This document shows positions 33,142 through 44,916 of a stretch of DNA of 64,000 bases, in pieces. The notes beneath the pieces were generated by a model that saw only the letters and a program-made list of their open reading frames with translations, searched no databases and was not told the DNA's origin. The stretch covers positions 1,364,001 to 1,428,000 of the forward strand of contig OZ251239.1 in NCBI GenBank assembly GCA_965240325.2, read 5' to 3'. Every line of letters begins with the position of its first letter. Position 1 is the first letter of the stretch. This DNA is from Rebecca billardiae RCC1528 (taxonomy: Eukaryota; Protista; Haptophyta). The translations under genes and the position numbers were made by a program.

Positions 33142-33918
33142 GCAGTCATAGCCGACACCCCGGTCCGCCGGTGTCCCGTCCGGAGGGCGGAGCCGATCAG
33201 CGGACACACCTGGGCAGCCCGCGGCCCGGCCCGCGTCCGGACCGCCGCCGGCTGCGCCCGACGACCGTCGGATGCGACACCGTCATCGAAGGTGACACGA
33301 CCGTGAATTGCAAGGGTTGAGCCATCACGATGATTGACGATGATGGTGTAAAAGGCGGGCGCGATCGACAGACGGCAGTCAGTCGGCTGGCACTAGCCTA
33401 ACTGAGGCCTGCCGAGCGATGATGGCGCGGTCGACGAGTCGCTCCGGCATCGTCCGCCCAACGCAGCCGGGTGCTCAAAAAAGCTTTGGTCCGAGCACGA
33501 CAGGCCGCTGCCGATCAACCCCGTATGGGCGTGTTGGTGCGCCGAACGGCGTCCGCGCGCGCACGCGTGCGAGCGCAGCCCCTAGAGCCCCGACGTCGTC
33601 GGCCGCCATCGCGGTGGAAGGACAAAGTGACGACAGACAGGATGCCGGCGGCGTGCGCGAAAAGTCCGGCCGCGGCGGTGAATCAAGGCTGAACTTCAAG
33701 CTGGGGGGCCGGACGGCCCGCGTTGAGAAGGTCCTGGCGCCGCGCTTTGTATTTCGACGTGGACGCTCGCGCGAGATTCGCGCATCGGGGCGGCTGCACC
33801 CAACGTGCGCGGCCGCGTGATCGACGTCCGTATCAGTCGCGTGGCACTCGATTCATTCGCGTGTCGTCCGCCATCCGCCCGTGTCCACCCGTCGTCCGCC
33901 CACCCCCCACCCAACACC

Positions 33919-35508
<1,590 letters not shown>

Positions 35509-36015
35509 GCGCCGCGCTGGGCGGCCCCGCACGACGAACGACGGACGAAGGGCGGGGCGAGGCGAGGCGGGGCTGCGCCGGGCGACGCCGATGATCACCG
35601 CCACCACGACGACCCTCTCCTCCCACACCGATGCCGACGCGCGCCGCGGCCATCGGCCGCGCGCCGGGCCGCCGGGCTCCCGCGCCGCGCCCCGCCCCTT
35701 CAGTGCACGCATCGCATGCTGTTGATATCTGCTCCTCCTCTGTGCACCGCATGTCGTGTACTCAGCATCGCTGTGCTGTAGACTATCTCTCACTATTTCG
35801 GATCCTTACTGTCATCATGGCTCATCAGCCTTGTATAGACGCGACAGTAATGTCGTCGCGTCATCTCGCGGATCACTCGACGACAGGATCAGCGTCGTGT
35901 CGTGGCAAGCGCATTTTTTTCAAAAAAGGGGGGCTGAATGGCTGATGCCCCAGATATTCGCGATGAGCATCCGATCACGACGATGGCGGCATCGCGCGCG
36001 TAGCCCCCACGGCGC

Positions 36016-38085
36016 ATGGTGAAGCGCGCGCGCGGCGAGCGAGGCGAGGGCGACAAGGCGCACAGCGCGGACGACGCGGCGGACCGCGCCGTCCTCGCCG
36101 ACGTGAGCGGCCTCGTGCAGCACTTCGCCCGGCTGCAGACCACCAGCTTCGGCGCGTTCAAAGGCGTGTGGGCCGCGCGCTCCTTCTCCTTCATCCACTA
36201 CGGCCGGCCCGCGGGCGAGGACGCGAAGCGGTTCACGGAGCGGCTGTACGCGTACGCGCTGAGCTTCCTCGGGCGCGCCGCCGCCACGCTCTACCACCGC
36301 CTCGGCGCGCTGTACGCCGTGTACTGCCTGCACGGCTCGCAGTGCGCGCGGCCACGCGTGCGCGCGCGCGTGACGCGCGCGCACTGGACGAGCGCACGCG
36401 CGCTCGTGGCCGAGCTGGTGGCGCTGGGCGCGGCGGACGCGGTGCAGGTGATCGAGCGGCTGCTCGACGACGGCGACGGCGCGGGCGCCCTGCGCTTCGT
36501 CCACGCGCAGACCACGAGCGCGGCCGAGGCGGCGCGCATCGGCTCCGGCTCGCTCGACGGCGCCACCAGCGCGAGCGCCGCCGCGCGCTCGCGCGCGCTG
36601 CTGGCGGCTGGCGGCGCGCTCGGCTCGACGGAGCTCGTCGTGCCCGGCGCGCGGCCCGAGCGGGCGCCCGGCGACCTCGACACGGCGCTCAACCTCGCCC
36701 GCCTCGAGCGCGTCGGCGCGGAGTACGCCACGCTCCGAGCGCGCGCCTTCCCGCAGTCGGCCGCGGCGGCGGCGGCGGCGGCGGCGGCCTCGGCAGCCGC
36801 GGCCGCGGCCGGCGCGGCCGCGGGCGCCGGGCCGGCGGCCGGTGGCTCGTGCGTGGCGCTCGTGCCCGCGGCGAGCGGCGGCGCTCCCGCCGAGCCGGCG
36901 CGCGACGCGCCGTACGTCGACCCGCTCGACCCCTCCGCCGTCGCAGAGCGCGTCCGGCGCAAGCTGACAGAGTTCAGGAGCGGCAGCGCAGCGGGCCGCA
37001 CCGCCGCCGCCGGCACCGTCGTCGCCGCCGGCGCCGTCGCTGTCACCGCCGCCGCCGCGGCCGCTGGGACTGCGGCCGCCGGCGTGGCGGGCAGCGTGCC
37101 TGCGCGCGCGGGCGCGGGCGCGGCGGGGCCGGCGGCCGCGGCTCCGACATCCACGCCACTGAGCTCGGCGCCGGCACAGCCAACGGCGCCCGCCGCGGCT
37201 GGGCTCGGCCGCGGCCGCGGCCGCGGCCGCGGCCACGCGAGAGGGCGCGCGCCGCGCGGGCGGTCGCGCGCCTCGCCGCGCCCGCCGCCGTCGCCGCCGC
37301 CGCCGCCGCAGCAGCAGCAGCAGCCACCGCCGCCGCCGCCGCAGCAGCAGCAGCCGCCGCCGCCGCCGCCGCCGCCGCCGCAGCAGCAGCAGCAGCCGCA
37401 GCCGCAGCAGGTGGAGCGGTCAACGCCGATCGCGCAGTCGGTGCCTGCGCAGACGCGCCCGGCGGGCGCCGTGCCACCGAGCGGCGCGCCGAGCGGCAGA
37501 TCGCGATCTGGCGCGCGGCGCAAGGCGGCGGCGCCGCCGCCGCAGCTGCCGCCGCCGCCGTCGTGCGGCATGCAGTATTTCCCACGGCTCCTAGCGCCGC
37601 CGCCGCCGCTGCCGGCGCTTCTGCCGGCCGCCCGGGCGGTGGGCGCTGCGCCGCTGCCCGCGCCGCCACCGCTCGAGCGCGTGGACGCCGACGACCCCCC
37701 GCCACCGGACTGTCCGGTGTTGGAGCGCGTGGACACCGACGACCCCGAGCCGGAGGACTGTCGGGCGTCGGGCGCCGCGCGGCTGCCCCCGCTGCCACAG
37801 CTGGAGCGCGTGAAGGATGGCGACCCTGCGCCACCGGACTGTCCGGCGTTGGAGCGCGTCGAGGATGGCGACCCTGCGTCACCCGGTGGCGTGCTGGCGG
37901 GTCGCACGCCGCCGGATCCGGAGCAGGGCGGCGTCCGCCAGCGGTGTGGCGGCGGCGCGGCGGCTCGCGCCGGCGTGCGCGGCGCGCGGCGCGCCTGGGT
38001 GGCTGAGCCCGAGCCTGGCGGCGCGAGTGGCGGCGATGGTGGCGGCGGTAGCAGCAGCAGCAGCAGTGTGCCTGACGAGGTGTGA
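36016..38085 (+). CDS. SNAPC1: snRNA-activating protein complex subunit 1 (SNAP43)-like with a long low-complexity tail
   Basis: N-terminal pattern DVSGLVQHF..SFGAFKGVW..FSFIH..RLGALYAVYCLHGSQ..RVT..W matches the SNAPC1 family from memory. Confidence 0.75.
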   Translation: MVKRARGERGEGDKAHSADDAADRAVLADVSGLVQHFARLQTTSFGAFKGVWAARSFSFIHYGRPAGEDAKRFTERLYAYALSFLGRAAATLYHRLGALYAVYCLHGSQCARPRVRARVTRAHWTSARALVAELVALGAADAVQVIERLLDDGDGAGALRFVHAQTTSAAEAARIGSGSLDGATSASAAARSRALLAAGGALGSTELVVPGARPERAPGDLDTALNLARLERVGAEYATLRARAFPQSAAAAAAAAAASAAAAAAGAAAGAGPAAGGSCVALVPAASGGAPAEPARDAPYVDPLDPSAVAERVRRKLTEFRSGSAAGRTAAAGTVVAAGAVAVTAAAAAAGTAAAGVAGSVPARAGAGAAGPAAAAPTSTPLSSAPAQPTAPAAAGLGRGRGRGRGHARGRAPRGRSRASPRPPPSPPPPPQQQQQPPPPPPQQQQPPPPPPPPPQQQQQPQPQQVERSTPIAQSVPAQTRPAGAVPPSGAPSGRSRSGARRKAAAPPPQLPPPPSCGMQYFPRLLAPPPPLPALLPAARAVGAAPLPAPPPLERVDADDPPPPDCPVLERVDTDDPEPEDCRASGAARLPPLPQLERVKDGDPAPPDCPALERVEDGDPASPGGVLAGRTPPDPEQGGVRQRCGGGAAARAGVRGARRAWVAEPEPGGASGGDGGGGSSSSSSVPDEV

Positions 38086-38977
38086 CGCACGCTGAGCACG
38101 CCACCGCTCTTGGTGCTGGCGTGCTGAGCCCACACACGCGCACTGCAGTGAGGCCACGATCGCCGTGCCTTCGTCGTCGGCGCCGGAATCCAGCCGCGCG
38201 CCGGCGCCAGTCTCTGTGGCCGCTGTGGCGGTGCACGAGTGTCTGAGCACTGTATACAGGCGTATAGCACAGCACGCCACCGCGCAGTTCCGCGCCAGTC
38301 GCGCCGCCGCCGTCACGCCGCGGCCGCGGCCTCCGATCCGTGCCCCTTATTAATACCTTATATTATAAATAACGGACAGTGCTCCGTCGGGTCGGCTCAG
38401 GCGGCGGCGGCTCCGCCGCCCCGGCTCGGATCCGTCGCCGTCGGCCTCGGGCAGCACTAGGCGCGCAGCATGAGTAGCCAGCATGAGCCGCGAGCCGGCG
38501 GCGGGCGACACGGTTCACATTCACGTCTGGATTCACGAATTAATGATTACTATCATGCGGGCGGTGATGAGGACGGTCATGTTCTGAAATTGCAGTGGAT
38601 GCCTCAGAGCGCGCGGTGACGGGCGACGAGAAGTGATGCGCTGTCTCACGACGAGACTATTACTCAGTCCGAGTCCAACGTTGACGAGCCGCGACACGGC
38701 CGCGGAGTCATTGAGCTCCGAGTCAGTCCGCGCCGTCCGCGGCCCGCGGGGACGGTGCATTCATTGGTCGATGCGCGAATCCCTCTTCCGCTACTAACAG
38801 TCTACTACTGTCTCATGACTTCGATGATGATGATGATGCCGCCGCTGCTGGTGCTGACGCGTCGCGGCCGCACCTGCGAGCTGCCGGCACGCTGGGGCTG
38901 GCATCTCCACACGCCGGCGCCAAGCCGCCATCGTGGGCCGTGGCCTTCATCAGTTCATGAATGAGCCACCCACGGCA

Positions 38978-39083
38978 GGCTCTCGGCCGCACGATGGCGG
39001 CCTCACCCTCGAGCTGCTAGGCACAGTTCTTCACTGCCCTTTCGAGTAGCACGGCACACGCTACGTGGCTGACGCACGCGAGG
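38978..39083 (+). promoter_or_regulatory. Conserved 5' leader of the EsV-1-7 family (also upstream of copies A, B, D and E)
   Basis: CCCTTTCGAGTAGCACGGCACACGCTACGTGGCTGACGC(G/A)CGCGAGG-ATG precedes all five ATGs with few substitutions. The 106 bp are nearly identical to the reverse complement of 30113-30218. Confidence 0.6.
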
Positions 39084-40505
39084 ATGCCCCCCACGTGCGG
39101 TCGAGCTGGCTGTGACAAGTATGCATCATATGGCAAGCCGGGTACACGTGCCAGCCGCTGCGGCACGCACAAGCTGGCCGGGATGGTGGACGTGCTGCAC
39201 CGCAGGTGCGAGCATGCCGGCTGTGACAAGCAGCCGCACTTTGGCATGCCGGGTGACACGCGTGCCAGCCGCTGCGTCACGCACAAGCTGGCCGGCATGG
39301 TCAATTTGAAGAGCCGCAGGTGCGAGCACGCCGGCTGCGACAAGCGGCCGCACTTTGGCATACCGGGTGACAAACGTGCCAGCCGCTGCGTCACGCACAA
39401 GCTGGCCGGCATGGTGAACGTGGTCAGCCGCAGGTGTGAGCATGCCGGCTGCGACAAGCGGCCGCACTTTGGCATACCGGGCGAAACACATGCCAGCCAC
39501 TGCGCCATGCACAAGCTGGCTGGCATGGTCGACGTGAAGAGCCGCAGGTGCGAGCATGCCGGCTGCGACAAGCATCCGCACTTCGGCATGCCTGGCGACA
39601 CACGTGCCAGCCGGTGCGCCACGCACAAGCTGGCCGGCATGGTCAACGTGAAGAGCCGCAGGTGCGAGCATGCCGGCTGTGACAAGCAGCCGTGCTTTGG
39701 CATGTCGGGTGACACGCGTCTCAGTCGCTGCGGTGCGCACAAGCTGGGTGGCATGATCTTCAAGCGCACCTGGTTTGAGCGCAAGCGTGCTGCAGCTCCT
39801 GAGCCTCAGCAGGGCGGCAGCGCAAAGCGAAGGCGTGTGCAGCGCAATGGCGGCAGCACGACCGCAGCTGCTGCCGCAGCCGCTGGCTCGCAGCCGCACC
39901 CACAGCCACCGAGGGCCACGGCTCGCGCCGAGGCTCGCCCTCCGCGTCGTCCTGATGTCGCGAGTGGCAGCGGCTCACGCAGCCGCGGCGATGGGCCGCG
40001 CAAGCGCGCGGGGCCGAGCAGAGCGCATGCAGCGCGTGCACACACAGCCCTAAGCGCTGCCCCGCCCGCTGACGGGCCAGGCGACGGTGGCAGCGGGGAG
40101 CATGCGGCAGATGCACCGCTGCTCGGCTGGCTGGTCGAGCCCGCCGCGTCCACGCAGCACACCGACGCTGCCGCCGAGCTCGCCGCCGAGCGCGCCGCCA
40201 CCGAGCGCATGCGCGCCGAGCTCGTGCGCGCGCGCATGCGGCTGCGTCTCGCCGAGCAGGCGGCCGACCCGTCGCACCTGCGCGTGCTGCGCTTGGTCAT
40301 GGAGGGCGAGGGCGAGCCTGTGGGCGGCCAGGAGCGCGTTGGCTCGCGCTCCAGTCCCGCGGCACGAGCTGAGTCTGATGACGAGCGCCATGCCACGCTG
40401 CAGTACCTGCGCGAGCTCGAGGCGCGGGTGCGCGAGCCCGCAGCAGCAGCAGGCCGTTGTATCGCGCACGCAATTGACTGGCGGCGTCGTACTGTAGTAT
40501 CTTAG
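39084..40505 (+). CDS. EsV-1-7-type Cys/His repeat protein, copy C (6 repeats)
   Basis: Same architecture. Intact 473-aa ORF. Confidence 0.88.
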   Translation: MPPTCGRAGCDKYASYGKPGTRASRCGTHKLAGMVDVLHRRCEHAGCDKQPHFGMPGDTRASRCVTHKLAGMVNLKSRRCEHAGCDKRPHFGIPGDKRASRCVTHKLAGMVNVVSRRCEHAGCDKRPHFGIPGETHASHCAMHKLAGMVDVKSRRCEHAGCDKHPHFGMPGDTRASRCATHKLAGMVNVKSRRCEHAGCDKQPCFGMSGDTRLSRCGAHKLGGMIFKRTWFERKRAAAPEPQQGGSAKRRRVQRNGGSTTAAAAAAAGSQPHPQPPRATARAEARPPRRPDVASGSGSRSRGDGPRKRAGPSRAHAARAHTALSAAPPADGPGDGGSGEHAADAPLLGWLVEPAASTQHTDAAAELAAERAATERMRAELVRARMRLRLAEQAADPSHLRVLRLVMEGEGEPVGGQERVGSRSSPAARAESDDERHATLQYLRELEARVREPAAAAGRCIAHAIDWRRRTVVS

Positions 40506-41376
40506 CGCAGTCCGAAACCATTTGTACGTAAAACGATCAACAGTGGCGGAGTAACAGTACTACAGGGGGTCCAGATGGTGGCGGGCCCCACTAGTGGCGG
40601 TGGCTGGCGCACGCGGCACGGGGCCGGGCCTAATCGCCCGTAATGCGGCACGTCCGTGCCTCTCGGGACGGGTATTGAGCGGTGGCGAGGTCGCCAAATC
40701 GCGTGGCGTGGTCCCAGACAAGGTTGTTACTAGTCCTGATCAGCTCGCTAGCCATGTCAGTCGATGATCACCTCGCCGTTGACAGGCGCGCACACGCTGC
40801 ACACGTGACACGTATTAATTGGCGCACGGCATAACACCGTCGGGCGGCGGTCGCACGACTACCGCGCAGTCAACATTGATCGTCAGACTCACGGTGTGTG
40901 GGGTCAGACAGAATATTGACTGGCCTGCACCGTCGCAAGGCATACCAAAGAGGTCGGCATGGCCGTCAGAAGGGTGATCCCGGTCCCTACTTGCCCATTC
41001 TTCCCATACGAGCCTCACACGATCGCCGCCCGCACGAGGACGTGGACGTGAACGTGAGAGTGGTCGAAAAGTCGGAACGGAAGCTGTCACACATGCTCAC
41101 ATGCTCGTACGGCGACGCCGACCGGCGTGTGGCATGCCCCCCGGTCCCGGACGTGCCACACGCGCCTTGGATCGTGGTGGGATTGGTGGGACGGGCATTC
41201 ACGCCCGCCATGGCTTCCTTTCCGAAGTGGGACACGGCATACTGTACAGTACGGCCTGGGCAGGCTGGCTCACCAGCACGGCCACACGAGGGCGGCCTCG
41301 CCCTCAAGCTGGTTGGCAGGTCTTCACTGCCCCTTCGAGTAGCGCGGCACACGTTGCGTGGCTGACGCGCGCGAGG

Positions 41377-42759
41377 ATGCCCAGCACGTGCCGTCGAGTT
41401 GGCTGTGACAAGCAGCCGTCATTTGGCTATCCGGGTGCCGCGCCTCCCAGCCGCTGCGTCACGCACAAGCTGGCCGGCATGGTCGATTTGAAGAGCTGCA
41501 GGTGCGAGCACGCCGGCTGCATGCCCGGCGACACACGCCGCAGCCGCTGCGCCACGCACAAGCTAGCCGGCATGGTGGACGTGCAGCACCGCAGGTGCGA
41601 GCATGCCGGCTGTGTCAAGCAGCCGTACTTTGGCATGCCGGGCGACACACGTGCCAGCCGCTGCGGCACGCACAAGCTGGCCGGCATGGTCGACTTGCAC
41701 AGCCCCAGGTGTGGGCATGCCGGCTGTGACAAGCACCCGTGCTACGGCATGCCCGGCGACACACGCCGCAGCCGCTGCGCCACGCACAAGCTAGCCGGCA
41801 TGGTGGACGTGCAGCACCGCAGGTGCGAGCATGCCGGCTGTGTCAAGCAGCCGTACTTTGGCATGCCGGGCGACACACGTGCCAGCCGCTGCGGCACGCA
41901 CAAGCTGGCTGGCATGGTGGACGTGAAGAGCCGCAGGTGCGAGCATGCCGGCTGTGACAAGGTGCCGTCCTTTGGCAAGCCGGGTGACGCACGTCTCACC
42001 CGCTGCGCCGTGCACAAGCTGGCTGGCATGATCAATGTGCGCGCCTGGCGCGAGCGCAAGCGGGCTGCAGCCCCCGAGCCTCAGCAGGGCGGCAGCGCAA
42101 AGCGCCTGCGTGTGCAGCGCAATGGCGGCAGCACGACCGCAGCATCAGCTGCTGCTGCCAGCTCGCAGCCGCGTGCACAGCAACCGAGGGCCATGGCTCG
42201 CGCAGAGGCTCGCCCTTCGCGTCGCTCTGATGTCGCGAGTGGCAGCGGCCCGCGCAGCCCCGGCGATGGGCCGGGCAAGCGCGCTGGGCCAAGCAGGGCG
42301 CATGCAGCTCGCGCACAGCCAGCCCTGCGCACGGCTCCGCCTGCTGATGGGCCAGGCGGTGGAGGTGGCGGGGAGCATGCCGCAGATGCTCCGCTGCTCG
42401 GCCGGCTGGTCGAGCCCGCCGCAAGCACGCAGCACGCCGACGCTGCCGCCGAGCTCGCCGCCGAGCGTGCCGCCACCGAGCGCATGCGCGCCGAGCTCGT
42501 GCGCGCGCGCATGCGGCTGCGTCTCGCCGAGCAGGCGGCCGACCCGTCGCACCTGCGCGTGCTGCGCTTGGTCATGGAGGGCGAGGCCGAGCCTGTGGGC
42601 GGCCAGGAGCGCGTTGGCGCACGCTCTACTCCCGCGGCACGAGGTAATGAGCCTGATGACGAGCGCCAGGCCACGCTGCAGTACCTGCGCGAGCTCGAGG
42701 CGCGGGTGCGTGATCCTGCAGTGACGCCGCGCGACGATTCCGCGCGTGCTGGCAACTGA
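41377..42759 (+). CDS. EsV-1-7-type Cys/His repeat protein, copy D (6 repeats, repeat 2 with a 7-aa in-frame deletion)
   Basis: Same architecture. Repeats 2-3 and 4-5 form a duplicated pair. Confidence 0.85.
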   Translation: MPSTCRRVGCDKQPSFGYPGAAPPSRCVTHKLAGMVDLKSCRCEHAGCMPGDTRRSRCATHKLAGMVDVQHRRCEHAGCVKQPYFGMPGDTRASRCGTHKLAGMVDLHSPRCGHAGCDKHPCYGMPGDTRRSRCATHKLAGMVDVQHRRCEHAGCVKQPYFGMPGDTRASRCGTHKLAGMVDVKSRRCEHAGCDKVPSFGKPGDARLTRCAVHKLAGMINVRAWRERKRAAAPEPQQGGSAKRLRVQRNGGSTTAASAAAASSQPRAQQPRAMARAEARPSRRSDVASGSGPRSPGDGPGKRAGPSRAHAARAQPALRTAPPADGPGGGGGGEHAADAPLLGRLVEPAASTQHADAAAELAAERAATERMRAELVRARMRLRLAEQAADPSHLRVLRLVMEGEAEPVGGQERVGARSTPAARGNEPDDERQATLQYLRELEARVRDPAVTPRDDSARAGN

Positions 42760-42910
42760 CGATGTGTACGTGTCACGTCGTCGTACGAAGTCATGCATGT
42801 CACCGTCGTCTGTTACTGTCAGTCGGTTTGATCACAGTCAGTCACACGAAGCGTACCCTTGGTCACACCGTCGTCACCATCAATCATCCGGCATAGATCA
42901 TGGATGATGG

Positions 42911-44550
42911 TTGTATAACCGCTCGGTTATGCGGGTATAACTCACCGGTAGCCCTCATGAGGGCGGGCTGGCAGCCAGGGTCCGGCTGCCTGGAGGTTTT
43001 CCGGTCGTCAAGCCGAGCCAGGCCCGGATTGGGCGCGGGCCTGGATTGGCTCAGCAGCTTGGCAAGCCATGCGCGTCTGGGTGCGGCCGCGCTCGCTGGC
43101 TGCACCCGCGGCGCGGCGGCCGGCGTGGCTGCTCTGGTCACCGCGGCGCTGGTGGCTGCTCCTCCTCTGGGAGTTGTTTCTTCCAGGTGCGTGTGCGTCG
43201 GCGGTAGGCCGCCCTCAGCCCTCGCTCTCTCCACTCGTGCACCTGCCCTGCTTGCTCTCTGCTTTCGATGGGGGCGCCTCGGAGCCGCTTCGAGGCGTCC
43301 CCGTCTGCAATCTTCTCATGCTCTATCTGCTTTCGATGGGGGCGCCTCGGAGCCGCTTCGAGGCGTCCCCGTCTGCAATCTATCTTCTCATGCTCTGCTT
43401 TCGATGGGGGCGCCTCGGAACCGCTTCGAGGCGTCCCCGTCTGCAATCTTCTCATGCTCTGCTTTCAATGGGGGCGCCTCGGAACCGCTTCGAGGCGTCC
43501 CCGTCTGCAATCTTCTCATGCTCTGCTTTCGATGGGGGCGCCTGGGAACCGCTCCCAGGCGTCCCCGTCTGCAATCTTCTCACGCTTCGCAGTCTCGCTT
43601 GCCTTCATCGCCTGGCGGGTGGGTGCTGCTCTCTCCTTCTCTGCCGCCTCCTCTGCAGTCTGCCGTGCACTGCTGTGTGTGGGATGCGACCTGCTACCTT
43701 ATCTGACGCTACGCGTGCGTGTCTCGCGCCTGCTTCCCGCCTGCGCCGCCGCCGCCGCGCATGTTTTCGTGCCCACTGTCTCATGCCGTCTGGATCGTCC
43801 TTACTCATACAACCCTGCGGGGAGCCCCTCTGGGCCTCTGCCGCCTTCGGTCCTCGCGCTACCCCTTCGGCGGCCTCGGCCTCTTCGGGCCCCCGGCCAC
43901 CACCCCTGCGGGGTGTGGCATTCCACACCTCCTTCTGGGTGGAGGCCCTCGAGGCCTCTGCCTCCTGCGGCGCCGCGCTCTGCCCAAACTTGCGTTGGGG
44001 GGGGGCGTCGGCTGCCAGCGCCTGCGGTCTACGTGCTCCATCGAGTACTTCCTCTTCGGCGTCTAGGCGGTCATCGGCTTCTGTCGGCGTAGTTGCTCGA
44101 ATGCATCGGCGAGTCCTTCCTGGTCGGCGTCGCATCCTGGACGGCTTCGGGGGTGTGACCTAGTCACCTCACGCGTTTATCAACGCGGCCCCCACCTCAA
44201 TCTACTCTCATGTGGGTCTACCGAGTGAGTTATGGTTGTATAACCGCTCGGTTATGCGGGTATAACTCACCGGTAGCCCTCATGAGGGCGGGCTGGCAGC
44301 CAGGGTCCGGCTGCCTGGAGGTTTTCCGGTCGTCAAGCCGAGCCAGGCCCGGATTGGGCGCGGGCCTGGATTGGCTCAGCAGCTTGGCAAGCCATGCGCG
44401 TCTGGGTGCGGCCGCGCTCGCTGGCTGCACCCGCGGCGCGGCGGCCGGCGTGGCTGCTCTGGTCACCGCGGCGCTGGTGGCTGCTCCTCCTCTGGGAGTT
44501 GTTTCTCCCTGCCCTCCCACCCTGCTGGTTGCTGGGTGGGCATGGCCTTG
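42911..44550. mobile_element. Putative non-autonomous structured retroelement-like insertion with 275-bp direct repeats
   Basis: 42907-43181 matches 44232-44506. GGATGATGG at 42902-42910 and 44551-44559 is a candidate TSD. No RT or transposase ORF was recognised. Confidence 0.7.
43258..43582 (+). repeat. 64-68-bp tandem repeat x5, each with a 17-bp hairpin
   Basis: Units start at 43258, 43326, 43394, 43458 and 43522. Core: GATGGGGGCGCCTCGGA-(G/A)CCGC-TTCGAGGCGTCCCCGTC. Confidence 0.92.
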
Positions 44551-44722
44551 GGATGATGGAGACACATCAACACAGTCATCCGTCCGGTCAGGTGCTGCAT
44601 CCTGCGCTCCGGCTCGACCCGGCGGACCCGCCGCTGCGTGTCCGGTCAATCATCAGCGCGGCGCGCGCGGCGCCATTGTCGCGCAGCGGCCTTGGCCGGC
44701 GGACGCTCGACGCCGACGGCCG

Positions 44723-44871
44723 ATGCAGCCTCGCGGCGCCTCGCCCACGCCGGGCGAGGCGGACGACGCGAGCGAGCAGCCGGGCGCGGAGGGCGCGGAG
44801 CGCTCGGCCATGGAGCTCACGCCGCTCGCCGCGCCGTCCTCCTGGTCCGCCTGGTCCGGCTGGTCGATCTT

Positions 44872-44916
<45 letters not shown>

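Noticed and set aside
40510-41280. Lower-GC spacer between copies C and D with a CAGTGGCGGA hAT-like motif
   Set aside because: No matching opposite end or TSD was found, so no element can be supported.
43258-43582. Hairpin repeat array as a CRISPR array
   Set aside because: The sequences between hairpins are near-identical rather than unique spacers, there are no cas genes, and the context is eukaryotic.
42907-44506. Canonical LTR retrotransposon or hammerhead retrozyme
   Set aside because: No shared TG..CA termini, PBS, PPT or gag/pol, and no CUGAnGA..GAAA core found by eye on either strand.
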